From Candidatus Uhrbacteria bacterium (GTDB lineage Bacteria; Patescibacteriota; Patescibacteriia; JACPHY01): a stretch of DNA of 64,000 bases. Location: assembly GCA_016188355.1 (NCBI GenBank), contig JACPHY010000016.1, positions 2,345-66,344 on the forward strand, given 5' to 3'. This document shows, one piece after another, positions 45,132-55,216 of the stretch (position 1 is its first letter; each line of letters opens with the position of its first letter). The notes beneath the pieces were generated by a model, which saw nothing but the letters and a program-made list of their open reading frames with translations, was not told where the DNA came from and searched no databases. Both the position numbers and the translations under genes were made by a program.

Positions 45132-47180
45132 ATGGCACAGCATCAGGGATTCGTGCGCATTGCGACTGCGGTACCTCGAGTACATGTCGGAGATCCTGAG
45201 GCGAACGTGCGGGCGATGGTTGAGCTCGCGAAAACAGCGGGGAATGCCGGTGCGCAGGTGCTCGTGTTCCCAGAGCTTGGGATCACCGGATACACCTGCC
45301 GGGATCTCTTCCTGCAGCCGGAGCTGCAGCGGGCTGCGTACGCACAGCTGCGCACGTTTGTGATGCGAATGGATAATGAGGCGTGCCGCGGCATGCTTGC
45401 GATTGTGGGGCTGCCGCTCGCAGTGGACGGACAGCTGTTCAATGTGGCAGCGGTTGTGGTAGCAGGGGAGGCGCGGGTGCTCGCGTACATCCCGAAGGTA
45501 TACCTCCCGGGGTACAAGGAGTTTGAGGAGAATCGGTGGTTTGCACCTGCGGATCGATTGTGCAGCACGGTCCATGCGGATGATGGCGCGCTCATTGGCG
45601 CGGATATTCTGATCGACGTGCGCACGACCGCAATGCGGCGGTTCACGCTCGGCGTCGAGATTTGTGAGGATCTCTGGATGCCGATCCCGCCCAGCTCGCA
45701 TCTCGCAAATCAGGGTGCGACCGTGCTCCTGAATTGCTCCGCGTCAAACGCGGTTGTGGGCAAGGCGGACTACCGTCGCGAGCTCGTGCGGGGTCAGTCC
45801 TCGCGGTGCATCGCGGCGTACGCGTACGTCTCGTGTGGTCCGGGGGAATCCACCGCGGACGTCTCCTTTGATGGACATGCGTTCATTGCGGAGAACGGAT
45901 CGCTGCTCGCGGAATCGCCGCGATTTCAGCGGACGGGACACCTCACGGTCGCGGATGTGGACGTGGAGCGTTTGCTCCGCGAGCGAACCATGACCGGAAG
46001 TTTCGGGCAGTCCGTCGCGTCAGAGCAACGCGCGTACCGACGCGTGCTTGCGGATGGCATCACGGAACTCAATGTGCGGCAGTCGTTTCGGCGGAGTGTG
46101 GATCCGTTCCCGTTCGTACCGCGTGACCCCGCAACACGCGATGCGCGGTGTGATGAGGTGTTCGCGATTCAGGTGGATGGTCTGACGCGTCGCCTCGAGC
46201 ACCTCGAAGCGATGACCGGGAAGCGACAGGTGAGCATCGGCATCTCCGGTGGGCTCGACTCGACGCTCGCGCTGCTCGTCGTCGTCCGTGCGTTCCAGGC
46301 GCTTGGGTGGGATCTTTCGGGGATCCACGCATACACGTTCCCGGGGTTCGGAACCACTGACCGCACGAAGAGCAATGCGTACGCGCTCTGCGCAGCGCTC
46401 GGCGTTCCGTTGCGTGAGGTGTCCATCGTCGAAGCGTCATTGCTCACGTTGCGTCAGCTGGGGCACCTGCATGCGGACGAGCAGCCGCACCGCGATTGCC
46501 TCACCTGTCAGAACGCGCAGGCGCGCATTCGAACGCTCTTTCTGATGACGGACGGATTCGTCATTGGCACTGGCGACCTCTCCGAGAGCGCGCTCGGGTG
46601 GTGCACGTACAATGGCGACCACATGTCCATGTACAACGTGAACGCGGGCGTGCCGAAGACACTCGTCCGGTACGTGGTGGGCTGGGTGGCAGAGCGCGGG
46701 TTGCTCGGAGCAGCGGCATCAACCGTGCTCCGCGATATCCTCGCGACGCCGATCTCGCCCGAGCTCGATCCCGTAGCCGCAGATGGCCAGATGGGGCACA
46801 CGACCGAGGAGCAGATTGGTCCGTACGACCTGCACGATTTCTTCCTGTTCCACTTCCTTCGGAATGGGTATGGTCCCCGGAAGATTGTTTTCCTTGCGGA
46901 ATGTGCGTTCGCCAATATCCGATGGGAAGACGGTCCGCATCGCGGAGAACTCAAGTATCCGTCGTCCGTGATTCGGAAGTGGCTGCTCGAGTTCTTCCGG
47001 AGGTTCCCGAAGGCGCAGTTCAAGCGGGACGCGGCGCCGGACGGTGTGAAGGTAGGATCTGTCGCTCTTTCGCAGCGCGGAGACTGGCGCATGCCGAGCG
47101 ACGTGGACATGGCGCTTTGGGTTCATGAGGCGGAGGCTCTCCTCGCAGAGGCAGAGCATCGGGACGCAGACACGGATTGA
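45132..47180 (+). CDS. nadE: Glutamine-dependent NAD+ synthetase (nitrilase-type glutaminase domain plus NAD synthase domain)
   Basis: AAGGAGG RBS before MAQHQG. CN-hydrolase N-domain (VFPELGITGY) and PP-loop SGGLDSTLAL. Confidence 0.9.
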   Translation: MAQHQGFVRIATAVPRVHVGDPEANVRAMVELAKTAGNAGAQVLVFPELGITGYTCRDLFLQPELQRAAYAQLRTFVMRMDNEACRGMLAIVGLPLAVDGQLFNVAAVVVAGEARVLAYIPKVYLPGYKEFEENRWFAPADRLCSTVHADDGALIGADILIDVRTTAMRRFTLGVEICEDLWMPIPPSSHLANQGATVLLNCSASNAVVGKADYRRELVRGQSSRCIAAYAYVSCGPGESTADVSFDGHAFIAENGSLLAESPRFQRTGHLTVADVDVERLLRERTMTGSFGQSVASEQRAYRRVLADGITELNVRQSFRRSVDPFPFVPRDPATRDARCDEVFAIQVDGLTRRLEHLEAMTGKRQVSIGISGGLDSTLALLVVVRAFQALGWDLSGIHAYTFPGFGTTDRTKSNAYALCAALGVPLREVSIVEASLLTLRQLGHLHADEQPHRDCLTCQNAQARIRTLFLMTDGFVIGTGDLSESALGWCTYNGDHMSMYNVNAGVPKTLVRYVVGWVAERGLLGAAASTVLRDILATPISPELDPVAADGQMGHTTEEQIGPYDLHDFFLFHFLRNGYGPRKIVFLAECAFANIRWEDGPHRGELKYPSSVIRKWLLEFFRRFPKAQFKRDAAPDGVKVGSVALSQRGDWRMPSDVDMALWVHEAEALLAEAEHRDADTD

Positions 47181-47190
47181 CCTTCTGGTG

Positions 47191-47237
47191 GCCCCCGTGG
47201 TACGGTTTTTCCGTGCCCACGGGGGCTTTTCTTATTC
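47191..47237 (+). terminator. Strong intrinsic terminator after nadE (10-bp stem gcccccgtgg/ccacgggggc, U-rich tail ttttcttattc)
   Basis: Perfect GC stem, 16-nt loop with its own small stem, U-tract. Confidence 0.65.
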
Positions 47238-47345
47238 ATCACACACCCCTCTGGACTGCGGTGGCCCTGCTCTCAACCTGCGTTACAGGTGAGGGACCCA
47301 CGGCAGGAGGAAGGAGGGGGAGGCATAAGGGCAGTTTTTCTATTT

Positions 47346-48161
47346 ATGGCGACGATTCCCGCATTGGCAGAATTACTCGAGGCAGGAGTTCATTTTGGAC
47401 ATCGGGTTTCCAAACGGCATCCGAAGATGCAGCCGTATTTGTTTGGAAGTCGAAACGACATTTCGATCATCAATTTGGAGGAGACACGCACAAAGCTCGC
47501 TGCGGCGTGCGATGCGGTGCGTGCGCTTGCGGCAGAGGGGAAGACGATCCTCTTCGTGGGAACGAAGGATCAGGCGCGGAGCATGGTGCAATCCGCAGCA
47601 GATCGCGTCGGCATGCCGCATGTGACCGGCCGCTGGCTGGGAGGAACCATCACGAATTTCGCGATCATCGGGAAGCTCATCCAGAAGTATCGCGGACTTT
47701 GTCGGCAGCGGGATACGGGAGAGCTGCAGCAGAAATATACGAAGTTCGAGCAGGGAGAGCTCCTCAAGGAGATTGATCGGCTCGCAGATGCGGTGGGCGG
47801 GATTGCGGAGCTGAATCGCATTCCCGACGCAATTTTTGTCGTAGATATCTGCGAGGAGGAGATTGCCATTCGAGAGGCCAATCGATCCGGCGTGACGACG
47901 TTTGCCATTTGCGACTCCAATGTCGATCCAACCACGGTGACGTATCCCATTCCCGGCAACGACGACGCAGTTTCCGCGGTTTCCCTGCTGGTTCGTGTCT
48001 TCACGGATGCGGTCGCGGATGGCATTCAAGAGCGGGCGCGCACCATGGCATCTTCGGCGCCGACGCCTTCTGCAAAAATTGCGGAATCGGAACCCGTGAT
48101 TGTGGTTCCTGAACCCACGGTAGTGGCGGAAGAGGAGGACGGGGATGCAGTTGCGGCGTAA
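47346..48161 (+). CDS. rpsB: 30S ribosomal protein S2
   Basis: MATIPALAELLEAGVHFGHRVSKRHPKM canonical S2 start. Confidence 0.9.
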   Translation: MATIPALAELLEAGVHFGHRVSKRHPKMQPYLFGSRNDISIINLEETRTKLAAACDAVRALAAEGKTILFVGTKDQARSMVQSAADRVGMPHVTGRWLGGTITNFAIIGKLIQKYRGLCRQRDTGELQQKYTKFEQGELLKEIDRLADAVGGIAELNRIPDAIFVVDICEEEIAIREANRSGVTTFAICDSNVDPTTVTYPIPGNDDAVSAVSLLVRVFTDAVADGIQERARTMASSAPTPSAKIAESEPVIVVPEPTVVAEEEDGDAVAA

Positions 48162-48201
48162 TAAGTCACTTTTCATTGAACGATTTTCGTGTGCATTGCA
48201 T

Positions 48202-48783
48202 ATGGACGCGAAGCTGATCATGGAGCTCCGGAATATGACCGGAGCGGGGATCCTGGATGCGAAATCCGCGCTCGAGGAGACCGGGGGGAATTTAGAGACT
48301 GCTGCAGAGCTTCTCCGGAAGAAGGGACAGGCGAAGGCGGCGAAGAAAATGGATCGGATGACGAACGAGGGTCTCGTGGGCAGCTACATTCACGGCAATG
48401 GAAAGGTGGGCGTACTGGTGGAGGTTGCCTGCGAAACGGATTTCGTCGCACGGAGTGATGAATTCCAGCAATTGGTGCACGATTTGGCGATGCATATCGC
48501 CGCATCGAATCCGTCGTATTTGAAGCCGGAAGAAGTGCCCGAAGCAATCGTCATGAAAGAGCGAGAAATTGCTGCGGCGGAGTTTGCGGGGTCCGGAAAA
48601 CCGCCCGCCGTGATTGAGAAGATTGTGGACGGGAAAATATCCAAATTTTACGCGGATGTTTGCTTGTTGCCGCAGGCGTTCGTGAAAGATGATGCGATCA
48701 CCGTCGCGCAGCGAGTCGAACAGGCAGTGGCGAAGCTGGGAGAGAACATTCAGATTCGCCGATTCTGTCGGTTCGCACTGTAG
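48202..48783 (+). CDS. tsf: Elongation factor Ts (short form, about 194 aa)
   Basis: MDAKLIMELRNMTGAGILDAKSALEETGGNLE UBA-like N-terminus and dimerisation core; follows rpsB. Confidence 0.9.
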   Translation: MDAKLIMELRNMTGAGILDAKSALEETGGNLETAAELLRKKGQAKAAKKMDRMTNEGLVGSYIHGNGKVGVLVEVACETDFVARSDEFQQLVHDLAMHIAASNPSYLKPEEVPEAIVMKEREIAAAEFAGSGKPPAVIEKIVDGKISKFYADVCLLPQAFVKDDAITVAQRVEQAVAKLGENIQIRRFCRFAL

Positions 48784-48803
48784 AAGTCTCGGTGATATGA
48801 GGA

Positions 48804-48832
48804 GAACAGCCACCCGGACGGGTGGCTGTTCT
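48804..48832. terminator. Bidirectional hairpin between tsf and the convergent gene (12-13 bp stem gaacagccacccg/gggtggctgttc)
   Basis: Perfect stem with 3-nt loop. Confidence 0.5.
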
Positions 48833-48843
48833 GGTGAATTGCG

Positions 48844-50058
48844 CTATCGGACGACGACGCGGAGGAAGTTGTTCCCGCGTTGACCGACGTACGAGACCGC
48901 CTGCTCCGCATGGAGCCAGCGGACGTGGTGCACGGCATCGAATCGTGGACCCTCGTCCTCATCGATGACGACGCACGAGCCGTTGATGTCGTGTGCGGTG
49001 ACGACGAGCGCGCCGCGGGGGGTGAAGAACGGGTACTCCGCGTATCGGTAGCCCTTGCGCCACGCGGCGTGCTGCGTGGCGGGGAAGTACCGGCGAGAGC
49101 GTAGCGCGAATGCGCTGCCGATGCCGCCGTTTGGGGTGAAGAGCATGGCGAGCGGCATGGCGATGTATCGCGAGCGCCACCCATCCTCCCTCGGTTCCTT
49201 CCGCTCGACCCACTCGAGGATACGATATGCGGTGGCGCTCATGGAATCGATGATACTGCCGTACCGGGTGCCAATGTAACCCGCGAACATGCCGTCATCG
49301 CTGATCGCGAAGTCGGGCATCCCGTCCTCTCGTTCGATGGCGTGGAACACGGGTCCAGTGACACCGCGGAACGTGACCCGATGCATCCTTCCTGCGACTG
49401 TTACTTGGGGCTGTTGCGGGTTGGCATTGCAGAGCGGCGGAATGTCCGTGAACAACCCCCAGTTGCACCGTGGGATCGGTCCCTCGTGTGCGGGGATCGG
49501 ACGTGGCGGCGTTGCGAATCCGGTGTCATCGACCGTCCACCACGCCTTGCGCGTGTAGTCGACGGCGGTGAGCCCGTGGCGATCCGCTGGCGGTGTCATG
49601 AAATGTTCGTCGAAATCGAACACTCCGGTGACATCCTCGCCGTTTCGGAACACGCGGATGCGCTCGAGACCGCGCCTGCCTTCCTCCGCGTCGCGCGAAG
49701 CGAAAGCGGACCAGCAGAGCGTTCCCGAATCGAGCCAAGCGAAGCGCGATACCACGTCGAATGGTACCTGGTACCGAGGCTCGCCGTTCACGGTGATGGA
49801 GTAGGTATCTGCGCGTGGCGGATCGAGAAATCCGTACATCGCGAACTGCTTGCCGTCCGGTGAGAGCTCCGCTCGCGTATGCCCGGTGCCTCCCTGCACG
49901 CGGTCCTGGAAGATGTACGCCCGGTCGCAGGCGTCATCGGTACGGATCCCGAACGCGACCGCGGAGTTGTTTCCGGCGCACAGCACGTGGTCGAGTGGCG
50001 CTTGCCATCGTTCCGGTTGGTACGTTGCAACGTGATCAGTATCGTGTCGAGCAGACAT
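48844..50058 (-). CDS. Hypothetical protein with beta-propeller-like repeats
   Basis: GGAGGG RBS 7 nt before the internal ATG (MSARHD). The upstream 148 codons of the track ORF look non-coding, so the start is placed at 50058. Confidence 0.55.
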   Translation of the reverse strand: MSARHDTDHVATYQPERWQAPLDHVLCAGNNSAVAFGIRTDDACDRAYIFQDRVQGGTGHTRAELSPDGKQFAMYGFLDPPRADTYSITVNGEPRYQVPFDVVSRFAWLDSGTLCWSAFASRDAEEGRRGLERIRVFRNGEDVTGVFDFDEHFMTPPADRHGLTAVDYTRKAWWTVDDTGFATPPRPIPAHEGPIPRCNWGLFTDIPPLCNANPQQPQVTVAGRMHRVTFRGVTGPVFHAIEREDGMPDFAISDDGMFAGYIGTRYGSIIDSMSATAYRILEWVERKEPREDGWRSRYIAMPLAMLFTPNGGIGSAFALRSRRYFPATQHAAWRKGYRYAEYPFFTPRGALVVTAHDINGSCVVIDEDEGPRFDAVHHVRWLHAEQAVSYVGQRGNNFLRVVVR

Positions 50059-50110
50059 GGCATGTCCCTCCTGGAAGGTGCTGCGCGCAGCGTAACAAAA
50101 ATCGATGTGG

Positions 50111-50139
50111 TTGTCAATGGTGTTGCGGTTGTCTACGGT
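50111..50139 (+). promoter_or_regulatory. Putative promoter TTGTCA-N17-TACGGT for gap
   Basis: Located 30 nt upstream of the gap ATG in the divergent intergenic region. Confidence 0.4.
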
Positions 50140-50169
50140 ACGAGTATAGGCAACTACCTTTCTCCTCCT

Positions 50170-51204
50170 ATGATTCGCGTGGCAATCAATGGGTTTGGTC
50201 GGATTGGTCGGAACACGTTCAAGGCGATCGTGGAGCGCGGTTTGGATCGGGAGCTCGAGGTGGTTGCGGTGAATGACCTCACCGATGCGCCCACGCTGGC
50301 GCATCTCCTCGCGTACGACACCGTCTTCGGTCGATTTGGTGCTTCCGTGGAGGCGGTGGATGGTGGGCTGCTGGTGGATGGCCGACGGATCGCGGTCGTT
50401 GCCGAAAAAGATCCCGAGCAATTGCCCTGGGGAACATTGAACATTGATGTCGTGCTGGAGTGTACCGGGCGATATGCCAAGGATGGTGCGGCGCGTGCGC
50501 ATATCCGCGCAGGGGCGAAGCGGGTCATCGTCTCGGCACCGACGAAAGGGGGAGAGGTGAAGACCTTTGTGCTTGGGGTGAACGATTCAGAGTATGCGGG
50601 AGAGGATGTGATCAATAATGCATCTTGCACCACGAATTGCGTTTCTCCGGTGACGCGCGCCATTCATGAGGCATTCGGTGTAGAGCGCGCCGTTCTGACG
50701 ACGATCCATGCGATTACCGCGGAACAGAACGTGGTCGACGGTCCGCCGCCCGGATTGAAATCCGGTGATCTCCGCCGCGCGCGTGCCGCGGGATTCAACA
50801 TGGTACCCACGACCACGGGAGCGGCGATTGCGGTCACGGAAGCGATCCCGGAGCTTCGAGAGAAGTTTGATGGGCTGGCGGTCCGCGTGCCGGTCATGGA
50901 TGTCTCGCTTACCGATTTCGTTTTTGTGGTAGCAAAACCAGTTACTGTGGAGGCGGTCAATGCCGCATTCCAGGCGGCAGCGGAGCATCCCTCTTACCGT
51001 GGGGTGCTCGGCGTGACTACGGAGCCGCTCGTTTCCTCAGATTTTATCCGCAGTCCATATTCCGCAGTGGTGGATTGCACGTTGACGAAGGTGGTGGACG
51101 GGACGCTGGTGAAGGTGATCGCCTGGTACGATAATGAGTGGGGGTACAGTTGTCGACTTGCAGAAATGGCGCGGGAGGTGGGTCGGGGGATTGGGCAGGG
51201 GTAA
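50170..51204 (+). CDS. gap: Glyceraldehyde-3-phosphate dehydrogenase
   Basis: INGFGRIGR Rossmann motif and catalytic ASCTTNC. Confidence 0.9.
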   Translation: MIRVAINGFGRIGRNTFKAIVERGLDRELEVVAVNDLTDAPTLAHLLAYDTVFGRFGASVEAVDGGLLVDGRRIAVVAEKDPEQLPWGTLNIDVVLECTGRYAKDGAARAHIRAGAKRVIVSAPTKGGEVKTFVLGVNDSEYAGEDVINNASCTTNCVSPVTRAIHEAFGVERAVLTTIHAITAEQNVVDGPPPGLKSGDLRRARAAGFNMVPTTTGAAIAVTEAIPELREKFDGLAVRVPVMDVSLTDFVFVVAKPVTVEAVNAAFQAAAEHPSYRGVLGVTTEPLVSSDFIRSPYSAVVDCTLTKVVDGTLVKVIAWYDNEWGYSCRLAEMAREVGRGIGQG

Positions 51205-51318
51205 GATACGGTGCGCGGTATCGATGATTTGGGAACAGCAGGAATACGCAGTCACATCCCCCGGCCGCGATGGCTCGGGGGATGCTGCTGATCCTGCTAT
51301 GATAGCGATGTACACCCT

Positions 51319-52632
51319 ATGCCTCGGACGATTGTCGTTATTGGTGCGAGCTTTGCGGGTCTTGGCGTCGCGCAGGCGCTCGAGTCTCGGGCGGAAAGTG
51401 TGGATGCGGAGGTGGTGCTTATTGATAAGCGCCCCTATCACGAATTCCACGCGTTGCTCTACGAGGTCGCGACTGGAGCAGTGGAGGGCCGTCCGGAGGA
51501 TTGCGAGAAAATACTGGCGAGTGGGGTGAGTGTGAATTTGCACGCGTACGAGCGATTGCTCCGTGGCCGTCGCCTCACGTTTCGTTGCGCGGAAGTCATG
51601 GCGATTGATCGGCTCACGAAGCGGATTCAATTACGTGGGGGAGAGGAGTTGGCGTACGACGCGCTCGTCCTTGCGGTCGGCGCGGAAGCGGCATTTTTTG
51701 GCATTCCTGGTCTTCGGGAGCATGCGATCCCATTAAAAACGACCGCGGACGCGCTGCGTATTCGGCGGCGTGTTCTCCAGATGTTGGCGGAGGTCGCATC
51801 GGATGCCGTGCGGCCCCGTACGATTTTGATTGGTGGCGGCGGCCCTACGGGGGTCGAATTTGCGGCGGAACTCGCGAACACGCTGCAGGCGTTTGTCCGC
51901 CGAGGAACGTTGCAACCGGGGCGTGTATTGGTGGCATTGGTAGAAGGATCTGCTCGATTGCTCTCCATGTTTCCGGAGCGACTCGGTCGCAGCGCGCTGC
52001 AGCGGCTTCATGCGTTTGGTGTGCGAGTGTGTCTCGATGCACTGGTGCAGCGCGTCGAATTCGGTCGCGTCACGGTGGTGCCTCGCCACCTGCGAACCGG
52101 AGAATCGCGTGCACAGCTCCTCTGCGGATTTGATGGGCCATCATGTACAATTGATGCGGAGCTGGTGGTGTGGACGGGCGGAATACAATTTTCCCCGTTG
52201 CCCAGTCGCGCAGGATTTTGCTGCGACGAGAAAGGGCGCGTGCAAGTCGGGGAAGATTTTTTGGTACGAGACACTGCAGAGGTTTTCGCGCTGGGCGATT
52301 GCGCTGCATTTCTCCATCATCGGACCGGAAAAGCGCTGCCGCCTGTTGCCTCGGTGGCCGTCCGGCAGGCGCCGGTAGCTGCGGACAACATTCTCCGGTT
52401 GCTCAACGGATATCCATTGCGACGCTTCCGACCCCCCACACTGCCGGCGATCGTGCCGTTGGGAGGGAAATGGGCAGGATGTGTGTACCGTGGACGGACG
52501 ATCATGGGTCGGATTCCGTGGATGCTGCGGCTCGCCGTGGATAGTTGGTACTTCATGACGACGCTTGGATGGTGGCGCGGATTCCGTGTGTGGTGGCGCG
52601 GTGCGCGGGTATACGTGCAGAACGACGGATGA
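51319..52632 (+). CDS. ndh: Type II NADH dehydrogenase / FAD-dependent pyridine nucleotide-disulfide oxidoreductase
   Basis: Two dinucleotide-binding motifs (VVIGASFAG, ILIGGGGPTG) and the GDCA motif. Confidence 0.75.
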   Translation: MPRTIVVIGASFAGLGVAQALESRAESVDAEVVLIDKRPYHEFHALLYEVATGAVEGRPEDCEKILASGVSVNLHAYERLLRGRRLTFRCAEVMAIDRLTKRIQLRGGEELAYDALVLAVGAEAAFFGIPGLREHAIPLKTTADALRIRRRVLQMLAEVASDAVRPRTILIGGGGPTGVEFAAELANTLQAFVRRGTLQPGRVLVALVEGSARLLSMFPERLGRSALQRLHAFGVRVCLDALVQRVEFGRVTVVPRHLRTGESRAQLLCGFDGPSCTIDAELVVWTGGIQFSPLPSRAGFCCDEKGRVQVGEDFLVRDTAEVFALGDCAAFLHHRTGKALPPVASVAVRQAPVAADNILRLLNGYPLRRFRPPTLPAIVPLGGKWAGCVYRGRTIMGRIPWMLRLAVDSWYFMTTLGWWRGFRVWWRGARVYVQNDG

Positions 52633-53171
52633 CGACCGCTCGTATGTTTCGAATGCGTGGGCCGAGCATGCTCATGGGAATCGCAGCGACGGTACTTGTC
52701 GTACACGGCGCATTTGCGATGCTCGGAGTGTATGCCGTTTTTCCGTGGATGGATAATCTCATCCATGCGAGCGGCGGCGCGTGGGGGGCGTTGGTGGGAT
52801 ACTGGCTACTCACGGATGCGCGATGGCGACGACGCTGGGGCGCGCCTTCGCGTCGGTTGATTGCCCTCGCAATTTTCGGGGTTGCTGCGGTAGTGGGTAT
52901 CGCATGGGAAATATTGGAGTTTGTGGTGCTTTGGCTTTCCGCGACGACCGCGGAAATGCTGCAGTTCACCTCGGCGAGTGTGGGGGATATGGTGAGCGAT
53001 CTCTCCGCAGATCTCGTGGGGGCGCTGGCAGTGGGTATGGGGGTAGTGCGGGGGCGGCGCGTGCGCCGTCCGAGTGCTGCGCCCCGATCTCCGCGAAAGA
53101 AGCGAGCACGACGAGCACGGGTTTCTGTGCAGCCGGTGGCGGTTGGAGCAACGAGCATTCCCCCAGCATGA
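52629..53171 (+). CDS. Hypothetical multi-TM membrane protein
   Basis: ATGA overlaps with both ndh (upstream) and pgk (downstream); start inferred at an internal Met. Confidence 0.45.
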   Translation: MTTARMFRMRGPSMLMGIAATVLVVHGAFAMLGVYAVFPWMDNLIHASGGAWGALVGYWLLTDARWRRRWGAPSRRLIALAIFGVAAVVGIAWEILEFVVLWLSATTAEMLQFTSASVGDMVSDLSADLVGALAVGMGVVRGRRVRRPSAAPRSPRKKRARRARVSVQPVAVGATSIPPA

Positions 53172-54376
53172 GTATGCAACTCCGTACGCTCGCACATCTT
53201 GGTGATAGTCGTGGCAAGCGCGTACTCCTTCGGGTGGACTGGAATGTGCCGATGGAGCGTTCGCGTATTGTGGATGATACGAAAATTCGGTTGAGTCTCC
53301 CTACGTTGGCTGCCCTGCGCGCTTCCGGGGCCGCAGTGATCGTGGTATCGCATCTGCGGGAAGGCGCAACGGGCGATACATTAGCACCCGCAGTGCGAGC
53401 GGCGGGACGTCTTTTAGGAGGGCGACGACCCACGTTGGTGCGTACGGCCGTCGGGAGTCCCACCCTGCTTCGCGTATGTCGTGCGTTGCGACCGGGCGCG
53501 GTGCTCGTGCTCGAAAACATCCGCCGGTATCCGGGAGAAGAGCGGAACGAGCGCGCATTTGCTCGTACATTGGCTGCATTGGCGGATGTATATGTGAACG
53601 ATGCATTTGCGGCATGCCATCGCCGTCACGCATCCGTTGCGGCGGTCGCAGATTATTTGCCTGCCGTCGCAGGACTGCTCCTGCAGCGTGAGGTGGAAGT
53701 GCTCCAGCGAGTGCTCGAACAGCCCGCGCATCCCATGATTGCGCTCATGGGTGGCGCAAAGATAGCAACGAAGGCACCGGTCATTGATCGGTTGCGGCGT
53801 TCAGCTTCCGCAGTGCTTTTGGGCGGTGGTCTCGCGAACACCGTTTGGGCGGTTCGGGGGTACGGGATCGGCGCGTCATTGGTGGATTCGGACGCAGCTC
53901 CCGTCGTGCGGCAATTACTCCGTGCACGGCGGCACGGAGCCGTACGAATGCCAGTAGATGTGGTCGTGGGGGATCCATCGGCCCGCGGTCGTGGGCATCG
54001 TGTAGTTCCGGTGGGTCCGCGTCCGCACGTCATCTGTGAACGGCCGGAAGCGGTACTCGACATTGGACCTGCGACGATTCGGGCGTATAGCGCCGAGCTC
54101 CGTACGGCGGCCACCATGGTATGGAACGGACCGATGGGGTGGTTGGAGTGTTCCCCATTTCATTACGGGAGCGTCATGTTGGCGCGGGTCATCGCATCAC
54201 GCGCGTCCGGTCGCGCCTTCGGTGTGGTGGGCGGCGGTGAGACGCTCGCCGCGCTCCAGCAGACACAGATGGCGCAGTATATTGATCACGTTTCTTCTGG
54301 CGGAGGAGCGATGCTTGCATTTTTGGGAGGCGAGGCGCTCCCCGGTTTGCTACCGTTATATCGAACAGGCGCATAA
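53168..54376 (+). CDS. pgk: Phosphoglycerate kinase
   Basis: Start placed at MSMQLRTLAHL (ORF-track N-terminal extension rejected). PGK motifs RVDWNVP and GGGA. Confidence 0.9.
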   Translation: MSMQLRTLAHLGDSRGKRVLLRVDWNVPMERSRIVDDTKIRLSLPTLAALRASGAAVIVVSHLREGATGDTLAPAVRAAGRLLGGRRPTLVRTAVGSPTLLRVCRALRPGAVLVLENIRRYPGEERNERAFARTLAALADVYVNDAFAACHRRHASVAAVADYLPAVAGLLLQREVEVLQRVLEQPAHPMIALMGGAKIATKAPVIDRLRRSASAVLLGGGLANTVWAVRGYGIGASLVDSDAAPVVRQLLRARRHGAVRMPVDVVVGDPSARGRGHRVVPVGPRPHVICERPEAVLDIGPATIRAYSAELRTAATMVWNGPMGWLECSPFHYGSVMLARVIASRASGRAFGVVGGGETLAALQQTQMAQYIDHVSSGGGAMLAFLGGEALPGLLPLYRTGA

Positions 54377-54448
54377 GGATGCACTCATGCGCGATTCCTT
54401 CGTTCTTTGGTGCTCGAGCTCGCTCTCCTTGTTCTTCAATTTTTCTAT

Positions 54449-55216
54449 ATGTGGCCCGATTATCGAAAGCAGCCGTTGTTTGCTGGACTTTTTGCGTTGG
54501 TACTACTCGGAGCGTTTGCGTGGGAGCTTGCTGCAGCAACCGAGCACGCGCGGAATGCTGCTGCGGTGCGAAAACCAACTCCACCCATTCGTGAGCTCAC
54601 CGTTTCCGGTACGGGTAAGGTACGCGGTATTCCCGATACCGCGGTGATTACTGCCGGCATGACGGTGCAGGGAACCGAGGTGCGTATCGTGCAGTCGGAA
54701 GTGAACAAGAAGACGACTGCGCTGATTGCGGCGGTAAAGCGTGCGGGAGTTGCGGCAGAGGATATTCAAACCGCTCAATTTTCGATTACCCCGCGTTACG
54801 TGTACGGCGAGCGCGTCGCGCCTTCTATTAGTGGATACGAAGCATCGCAGTCGGTTGAAGTGCGCATCCGAAATCTCGAAAAGGTGAACACGGTGCTTGA
54901 TGCAATGGGTGATGCGGGTGCCACGAATATTGGTAACCTGCAATTTATCATTGATAATCCACAGGGGCTGCAGGCGGAGGCGCGGGAGCGGGCAATTGCG
55001 GATGCGCGCGCAAAGGCGGGAACGATCTCGGGTCAGCTGCGCGTGCGATTGGTTCGTGCGGTAGGCTTTCAGGAGGGCGGCGGCTATGTTCCTCCCATGA
55101 TGCCGCTCATGCTCCGAGGTGACATGGGCGGCGGTGAGGCGGTGCCCGCGCCGACCGTGGAAAAGGGGAGCCAAGATATCGTGTCGAATGTGTCGGTGAC
55201 GTTTGAAATTGAATAA
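54449..55216 (+). CDS. SIMPL-domain (DUF541/YggE-like) periplasmic protein
   Basis: Signal-like MWPDYRKQPLFAGLFALVLLGAFA, then TVSGTGKVRGIPDTA and a typical SIMPL core. Confidence 0.7.
   Translation: MWPDYRKQPLFAGLFALVLLGAFAWELAAATEHARNAAAVRKPTPPIRELTVSGTGKVRGIPDTAVITAGMTVQGTEVRIVQSEVNKKTTALIAAVKRAGVAAEDIQTAQFSITPRYVYGERVAPSISGYEASQSVEVRIRNLEKVNTVLDAMGDAGATNIGNLQFIIDNPQGLQAEARERAIADARAKAGTISGQLRVRLVRAVGFQEGGGYVPPMMPLMLRGDMGGGEAVPAPTVEKGSQDIVSNVSVTFEIE

Noticed and set aside
48844-50502. Full 552-aa extent of the minus-strand ORF
   Set aside because: The first 148 codons are Arg/His-rich and lack an RBS, whereas GGAGGG precedes the internal Met. The gene is called as 48844-50058.
52781-53167. 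N-terminal 129-codon extension of pgk in the ORF track
   Set aside because: Gly/Cys-rich non-protein-like sequence overlapping the upstream membrane-protein gene. A PGK-like N-terminus begins at MSMQLRT with an ATGA junction.
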